DNA of 64,000 nucleotides from Escherichia coli (GTDB lineage Bacteria; Pseudomonadota; Gammaproteobacteria; Enterobacterales; Enterobacteriaceae): NCBI RefSeq assembly GCF_013315695.1, contig NZ_CP054353.1; one strand, 5' to 3'. Shown piece by piece: positions 56,240 to 64,000 of this stretch (position 1 is its first letter; each line of letters starts with the position of its first letter). The notes under the pieces were generated by a model. It saw only the letters and a program-made list of their open reading frames with translations, ran no database searches and was not told where the DNA came from. The position numbers and the translations under genes were made by a program.

Positions 56240-57547
56240 CTTCTTTTCCTGGCTGGTATGGCAAGTGACGGAGACAAGAGAAACGTTTTAAGCTCAGTTA
56301 TCTCCGCCATCACTTTCCACGAATGACAAGTAATTTTGCCTATTTTAAAACCATGCAAAAGGCAGGGTAAAAGGAGAAAATTCGATCGAATCGATCGACA
56401 AAATCGATCATACATGATGAAGATTTTTTATCGAATCCATAAAAATAGTGACAGCTAACCGGCGTTGCAGGAACAGTCAGAAATGGGCGTTTGGGAAAGA
56501 GCCATAGCACTACGTCGTCGCTGACATAGAGGAACTGTGCTTTGTTGATAAGATCCTTTATACGGCAACCAATCCATTGGACAAAAGATGAACTACGTAA
56601 TCACCGGGTTCTCACTGACGAAATACAGAAGTTAATGACACAACTGTGCCATGTACCTTGTACAACAGCGGTGGAAAGCTCTCAGAACAATGGAATTGCA
56701 GAAAGGTGTTAAAACGATGAAAGCCTTCATACCCAAATCGAATGTAAGAACGGCAGTAAAGACTGAATTGCGTAACCTTGCAGTAGCTCGAGTATTACAC
56801 TGCATAGTGTGCAGGGTTATCTCCCATTGAGAAAATATCGGCGCCAGCGAATAACGTCACCTTAGATGTAGCAGTTGCCAAATAGTGACTCAAGGGCGGG
56901 CTTACCGCATACACTGACACTTAGCGGATCGACAGAATATTATTAGCAGATCATCACTGAACGCTACGTAATTATCGTAATAAAGGCTTTTTCTGGCTAC
57001 CAGGAAGACCTGACATGGCTCTGCTCTGGAACCAGGCCGCAGGAAGCATCAATCTGGAGTTTATCAGCTACTGGAATTCCGGTGTATTGGCAGCCCCTGA
57101 TAATCACCTGACCCACGAAGAGCGCTCTGCTTTGCAGAAACTCTGGGGCGGTTTGGAGACAGGAGATGCCATTTAACGATTATAGGACGTTCTGATAAAG
57201 CCCATGATTTTACCTCCGCCTTAATTAACTGTTTTCTTTCTGAAGAAAAAATTGTCTGGTGGCAATCAGGTGGCATTTTCCCGGATCCCTGGCCCGCTAA
57301 TATATCCCGGCTGAACAGACGATTAACGCGATATTGCAAATATGGCATCTGAATCGATCATGATTTGGCGGCATCCATCTCCGTTCACAGTTTGGCATGC
57401 TTCCGATCATTGATTGGCATCCAGCCAGTCACTCCGGGAATTAACTCTTTTCACCGCAGTCTCCATTGCCGTGTTTAAACCAATGGAGACGTCAATGTCC
57501 AAAAAGAGAATATCCAGGAGCACTATGGATACCTGTTTTAAGATCCT

Positions 57548-57850
57548 TCAGCTCAAGTTCGACCAGAAGCTGGCTAACCGTTGTATCGGACTTGCAAAAC
57601 ACCAATGGGGATTGATCTCTATTTTGCGACACAGACGCATTATCAATACATCGATGGTGCGATCAAATACCTCAGTGGTCTCACCGTGGATCAAATCCAG
57701 CAATTGCTCACAGATTAAGACTCGTCGGGAGTTTTGAGCCAACGCCAGCAGTAACCCATATTCACCTTGAGTGAAATCTACAGGCTGTTGATGAGCATCA
57801 ACCAGCACGTAACGGTCCGGGATCAAGTGTCCAGCCGTTAAAAAAACCAC
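57548..57850 (-). pseudogene. Winged-helix (OmpR/ToxR-type) DNA-binding domain, apparently stand-alone or truncated
   Basis: 100 aa ORF (GTG start) with ...DFTQGEYGLLLALAQNSRRVLICEQLLDLIHG...RTIDVLIMRLCRKIE, resembling the trans_reg_C winged helix; surrounded by ORF-poor sequence. Confidence 0.4.
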
Positions 57851-58141
57851 TCTACTACCCTGCTCGACCTAAGCCTCGGCGTTCAGCCGCCTGAACGGGT
57901 ATGGCAAGGGTGAAAAGAAACAGCATCCCCACAGTACCGACCAGACGACAGGATGATGCTGGAACAGAAAGCATTCGCACCTCCCTTAGAATTAGACAGT
58001 GCGTACAGGATACGTAAGACAGGGTGACGGGGCGGCGATAAACTCTATTTACAAAGCTGAAAATTTTCTGACGATGAAAAACTATTCAACAAGGTTATCT
58101 GAGGCGTTAAAATAACCAGCTCGATTAACGACTAACTTGAG

Positions 58142-58489
58142 GTGAATATGAATTTAAAAAATATAATTTTAAGTACTGTTTTATCAATCGCTAGTTGTCA
58201 TGCCTTGGCTGTAGGTAATTCTCAAATAGCGCTATCTAACCTTCATGTGGAAAACACCCCAAGTGGGACGAAGGCAATTGTGGGTTATGCTGAAAATAAA
58301 TCAAACTCTGTTGTCAAAAATGCTTATGTAAAATTTAATCTTTTAAAAGATGGAGTCGTTATCGGTCAAACAATCGACACAGCATCCAATCTTGAACCAG
58401 GCCAGAAGTGGAAAATACAAGCCTTCATTAACACCTTTAACGGCAGCCCTGACTCATTCAAAGTCACTGAAGTGAAAGTAGTTAACTGA
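58142..58489 (+). CDS. Small secreted protein of unknown function (115 aa)
   Basis: N-terminal signal peptide MNMNLKNIILSTVLSIASCHALA; RBS GAGGTG upstream; AT-rich. Confidence 0.5.
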   Translation: MNMNLKNIILSTVLSIASCHALAVGNSQIALSNLHVENTPSGTKAIVGYAENKSNSVVKNAYVKFNLLKDGVVIGQTIDTASNLEPGQKWKIQAFINTFNGSPDSFKVTEVKVVN

Positions 58490-58661
58490 GTGTGCCACTG
58501 ACTGCCGCTACAAAAATTATATGGAGGTCCTGGGAAAGGGCAGCTCTGCACCAGGCCGCCATAAAGGAATCAAATACTCTCGTTGTTTATGACACCGAAG
58601 AACTTTTATGTGAGATTACCCAGCGGCCCCGAGTTTCCCCTGAAGTCGGTGAGTTGCAGTT

Positions 58662-59719
<1,058 letters not shown>

Positions 59720-60041
59720 GTTCACAGATAAAATACTCTCCAGGAAAACCGGGATGGTTCACCGGAGTGTTAAAGTGTGGCTTAAAATTATGCAGTTGCC
59801 GCCTGGCGGTCAAGACTGTCGCTACAGGATAAATCGCTCCGGTGAAACACAACTGCGCAAATCACCATACTGTGCATACGTATTACCGTGAAGGAGATCG
59901 GTGAGTTACGGGGTTATTGGGTGATCTCCTTCCATGAAAATACGCAGAGCACTTAAATCGCTGCTGGCGCGCACTAAAAACGTGTCAACCGGTTCCATTA
60001 GCGTAACATCAAAGCGAGTATTTAAGAAGCAGGAGAGCAAC

Positions 60042-60758
60042 CTACAGGTTAACCCGAACCATATTAAATTCATAATCTTTTAACTGCTCAGACCCGATCA
60101 CCAGAAATCTGCCATTACCTGACTTAAATGATTTTGATAAAACAAGAGTGGTATCATATCTGGCTAAAACATAATACCACCCGTCATTATAATTCATCAT
60201 TTCATATTCTTTCTTGAATTGCGGCTTGTAAAAGCCAACAGAAAATGAAAAAACCCAGAAATATATGACAAAGCCGACAAAACATATTTCAGAAATATGT
60301 TTTTTTACAAAGATACTCTCTGAAAAACATGATGCTGAAACACGGTGGCCACAGGTTCTTATAAGAAAAACAAGAATAAGGGATACCGCTACTGATAAGG
60401 TAAGAAGTTTTAATGCCAGATGATTCTTTAGCACAGAGAACTCAATCACCACCGGAACAAACAATAAGAATGAGGCAAGAAAAAGTCTGAAAAAGCTCAA
60501 TTCATGCATGCTTGCTTTGTTTTTTATTCCAAGAAAGAAAAGTACTCCCGCGCCCCATGAGAGAAACAGGATGACCATTATAGTAATTGCATGAAACAGG
60601 CTTCTTGCAACATCGTCAATACCTGCACTGACAACCCACCATGGGAAACCATAATAAAAAGAGACACCCCACCCGTAAAAATATGCACTTCCCCATCCGA
60701 GACATCCCATATAAGCCACAAATAAGGAAGAATTTTTGAGCAACGCGTTGCTGTTCAT
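60042..60758 (-). CDS. Polytopic integral membrane protein of unknown function
   Basis: 238 aa, very AT-rich, Trp/Tyr/Phe-rich with multiple predicted TM helices. Confidence 0.5.
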   Translation of the reverse strand: MNSNALLKNSSLFVAYMGCLGWGSAYFYGWGVSFYYGFPWWVVSAGIDDVARSLFHAITIMVILFLSWGAGVLFFLGIKNKASMHELSFFRLFLASFLLFVPVVIEFSVLKNHLALKLLTLSVAVSLILVFLIRTCGHRVSASCFSESIFVKKHISEICFVGFVIYFWVFSFSVGFYKPQFKKEYEMMNYNDGWYYVLARYDTTLVLSKSFKSGNGRFLVIGSEQLKDYEFNMVRVNL

Positions 60759-61250
60759 TTTTACCCCTGTAAAACTGGAATAAGTAACAGAATAGCATTG
60801 ACATTGTCAAGATGAACAGCATGCATTGTAACAGTCTGCAGTTTATGTTCTCCGTGGATAATTATTCTTATTTCATGGTGATTTTTGTTATATTTTAAAA
60901 TGCATATCTCACCATTTAGTTTTTTATATCACAAAAACATAGTGATGCAATCATACACACCTGCCTCTATCGTACAGAGAAAACGGGCAATTATTTGTAT
61001 TATTCCTTCATAACGACTTCAGTATACAGGATGACCGCAACCACGCTCCTTCTCCTGCCCGGGCGAAGTGCCTGGTTCAGACAATTACATTAACTGGCTG
61101 AAATTTTCGACGCGGTACAGGCCTCCCTGCTTTGAAAGGTGGCCTGGCGCTGCAATTTTTTACTTTTGTTTTTGTATCCGGAAAAACACATCTGCAAGAA
61201 TCATTATTCTCTTGCCTGAAGCTATCCAGCATCCTCAGATATTTCGCACT

Positions 61251-61766
61251 TTATGAGCTGGCATCAGAAAAATGTGCCAGTAATTTTTTATTAATGACTT
61301 CAAACAGTTCCTGTTCATCATGGGTCAGATAATCCCAGATTTCTTTCAGATACATGCTTTGTGCAAGAGTGAGCCTCTGAATAAAAAACATACCTTCAGA
61401 TGTCAGACTGATTTTTTTAGCACGGCGATCCTCCCTGCTATCCGTCCTTTTTACATATCCGGCTTTTTCTAAAAAATCTGTAATGCGGGTAATATTAGTT
61501 CTGGTAAACTGAAGTTTCTGGCTTATCTCTGAAGGTGACAGACAATGGTTCTCCGCTGCGAATAATGTGGTGAGAACCATATATGCTGAGTGATTTATTC
61601 CATACGCCCCCAGAAATTCAGATATATTATCCTGCATTCTTTTATTTGTGCGAATACAGAGCTGCATCAACAAATGTTCCCGAAAGGGATATGCGGGGTC
61701 TTTGTTTTTTTGGTGTCTGATTATTTTTTCTAATGTGTCTGTGTTATTCATTTCATTATTCTCCAT
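61251..61766 (-). CDS. MarR-family transcriptional regulator, PapX/SfaX/FocX-like by position at the end of a fimbrial operon
   Basis: 171 aa from MENNEMNN...; MarR winged helix; lies just downstream of the papG-like adhesin gene across an IS. Confidence 0.65.
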   Translation of the reverse strand: MENNEMNNTDTLEKIIRHQKNKDPAYPFREHLLMQLCIRTNKRMQDNISEFLGAYGINHSAYMVLTTLFAAENHCLSPSEISQKLQFTRTNITRITDFLEKAGYVKRTDSREDRRAKKISLTSEGMFFIQRLTLAQSMYLKEIWDYLTHDEQELFEVINKKLLAHFSDASS

Positions 61767-61951
61767 ATTACTGAAACACACTGTCTGTGTACAAGCGCGC
61801 ATCAGTCATCCGGTAAACATCGACTTTCCACTACAATTTATTCCTACCTGATTTCTGTATGACAGAGTAGTCCCGACAGGCAGACGGATAAATTCCCGCA
61901 GATAAAAGAACATAAATGCTGGCTGCTGACAAGTCTGTGAAAAAGGATTAT

Positions 61952-63206
61952 TGTAGTGGTTCACAAAATCAGGACACCGGAATAACCTGTTTCCACTTTT
62001 CTTCATGTAAGCAAGGCGGTAAACCATCGTTGTTCGTGTGAGGTCGATAAACGTTGTAATAACCATTAATCCACTGGTTTATATCACGTACCGCATGGAT
62101 AAAATCACCATAACCACCTTTCGGAAGCCATTCATTTTTAAGGCTGCGAAAGACTCTTTCCATCGGCGAATTATCCAGGCCATTCCCTCTGCAACTCATA
62201 CTTTGCATTACCCCATAACGCCAGAGTAACTTTCTGTATTTATTGCTTTTATACTGAACACCTTGATCTGAATGAAACAGCAGACGGCCATCACGTGATC
62301 GTGTTTCCAGTGCATTACGCAAAGCCCTACACACCAACTCAGCATCAGCGGTTAATGAGAGGGCTGAACCGGTAATCCGCCGTGAATATAAATCAACAAC
62401 GAGCGCGAGCTAACACCATTTGTCATGCAGGCGAATAAAACTGATGTCGCCGCACCAGACGCGGTCTGGTGCGGCGGGGTGAAATTGCCGGTTCAGTAAA
62501 TTTGGCAATGGCGGACTTTTGTCTTCGTTGACCCGGTAGTGATGTTTAACCATCTGTCGACTTGTCAGCCCGCATTCCCGCATCAGTCGTCGTGCCAGCC
62601 ACCGGCCTGCATCAACGCTACTCTGGCGCAACATCTGACTGATTGCACGGCTACCGGCTGCGCCACGACTGAGAGCATGGAAAGCCCTCACCCGACTTCG
62701 TAAGTCAATTCTTTGCACATTAACAGGACGCGTCACCTGCGCGTAATAAACGCTACGGTTAATACCGAATAAATGACAAATAACCCACACTGGCCACTTT
62801 GCTTTCAGCCGTGTGATTAGCGCGACAGCTTCCCGGGGATTTCGCTCATCAGCACGGCAGCCTGCTTTAGTATTTCTTTTTCCATCTCAACGCGCTTTAT
62901 CTGCGCTTTAAGCTGCTGAATTTCGCGTTGTTCAGGGATAATAGCATTACCAGCGGACTCAATACCCTGAAATTCCTGCTTATACAACCGTATCCATTTA
63001 CGCAAATGGTCAGGATTGAGCTCAAGTGCCAGCGCGACTTCTCTGACATCACGCTGGTATTTAACCACCTGTTCGATAGCTTCAAGCTTGAACTCCGGGA
63101 AAAAGGTACGTTTAGTCCGACGAGTTTTGATTATGCATCACCTCATTTTCACTGTTTTAACATTAACAAGATTTCGAGGTGTCCTGAATTACCGATCCAC
63201 TATACA
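61952..63206 (-). mobile_element. IS3-family insertion sequence (about 1.25 kb), apparently defective
   Basis: Imperfect terminal inverted repeats TGTAGTGG...TCAGGACACC at both ends; orfA-like ORF 62817-63068 lacks an ATG; orfB is split into two ORFs (62410-62790 and 61969-62337). Confidence 0.75.
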
Positions 63207-63272
63207 TCATTCGTTGCATAGAAACGCCAGGTGAAATTTCTCTCCTGTCTCACCATAAACATGGTTTTGTAT

Positions 63273-64000
63273 TCAGGGAAGATGCATGATCATCGTCATT
63301 GAACCAGACAAAGCACCAGAAGTTATCTTGCCTGCTTCACCATACAACTTGCTTCCAACTGTCACTGTCCTGGATCCTGCAGTATTCCAGCGCAATGTTT
63401 CCTCATTTCGCTTGACACCATCAAGATATATTATTGAATCCCAGCCATTGCCCAAACCAACCGCAACCCCCTGATTATTATATGCTGGTTGTGTATTGCT
63501 GAATAGTGAGATTTTAACAGTAACCGGGACGTCACAATAAATGGTAACAGCTTGGCTTGCATAATTACCATGGGCACTATCAATAGAAAGATTACCGTGG
63601 TTTATTTCAAGAGATTGAGCGGAAGGGCGACAACTTCCAGTATTATTAAATGACAGCATTAGAGTATTTGTAGCAGGTAACTGCTTAACCTGACTGTAGG
63701 GCATTTTATAATGCTCACGCCAGCCATTATAATAATGATGCTGTATCCCCCTGATATATTTAATTGGAACCTCATAGCGCCCTTTGGGTAGATCTGCAGG
63801 CAACAGTAAACTAAACCTTAATTCATTGAAAGTGTTACTCAATTGTTTTGTATTTCCTACCGGAGCACACACCCGCCCCCCATCGCTTGTCCAAGTATCC
63901 CATTCATATCCGTTGAGGAAATAATAATACCCATAATCACCTGTATTTTCCTGATTCCAGCCATATTTACTGTAGACATCAAAAAAAAACAGTATATCTA
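63273..64000 (-). CDS. papG: P-fimbrial tip adhesin PapG-like, C-terminal part (N-terminus beyond the window end)
   Basis: Translation continues in frame to the window edge and matches my recollection of PapG (...YFLNGYEWDTWT..., ...YIRGIQHHYY..., ...GLGNGWDSII..., ...ALSGSMTM). Confidence 0.75.
   Translation of the reverse strand, partial: DILFFFDVYSKYGWNQENTGDYGYYYFLNGYEWDTWTSDGGRVCAPVGNTKQLSNTFNELRFSLLLPADLPKGRYEVPIKYIRGIQHHYYNGWREHYKMPYSQVKQLPATNTLMLSFNNTGSCRPSAQSLEINHGNLSIDSAHGNYASQAVTIYCDVPVTVKISLFSNTQPAYNNQGVAVGLGNGWDSIIYLDGVKRNEETLRWNTAGSRTVTVGSKLYGEAGKITSGALSGSMTMIMHLP

Overview
This window reads as an Escherichia coli-type chromosomal segment (yggD-yggF-yggP-cmtAB, tktA, loiP, speB/speA, metK, galP, sprT, endA, rsmE, gshB, yqgE, ruvX, yggR-yggS-yggT-yggU-rdgB-hemW, yggM, ansB, yggN, yggL-trmB, mutY-yggX-mltC-nupG, speC, yqgA, tRNA-Phe) followed from about 48.9 kb by a tRNA-Phe-integrated genomic island. 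All gene identities are from reading the six-frame translations against remembered protein families; no database search was run. The backbone carries several accessory insertions relative to the K-12 gene order as I remember it: an IS1 inside cmtB, an SPFH-domain gene upstream of tktA, a sigma-54-dependent mannose-family PTS operon resembling the Salmonella D-glucosaminate (dga) locus between loiP and speB, a lipoprotein gene between speB and speA, and a TRAP transporter between hemW and yggM. The island starts with an intact P4-type integrase and ends (at the window edge) with the distal part of a P-fimbrial operon (PapG-like adhesin, IS3-family element, PapX-like MarR regulator). In between it carries a TPR-like hypothetical protein, a phosphoethanolamine-transferase-like gene split by an IS66-family element, a 2.3 kb ORF-poor decayed stretch, a small secreted protein, IS911-like remnants and an AT-rich polytopic membrane protein. 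I found no CRISPR array and no recognisable defence, toxin-antitoxin or secretion module. The best candidates for undescribed biology are the uncharacterised island cargo genes, chiefly the 357 aa TPR-like protein next to the integrase, but I cannot assign them to a system from sequence alone.
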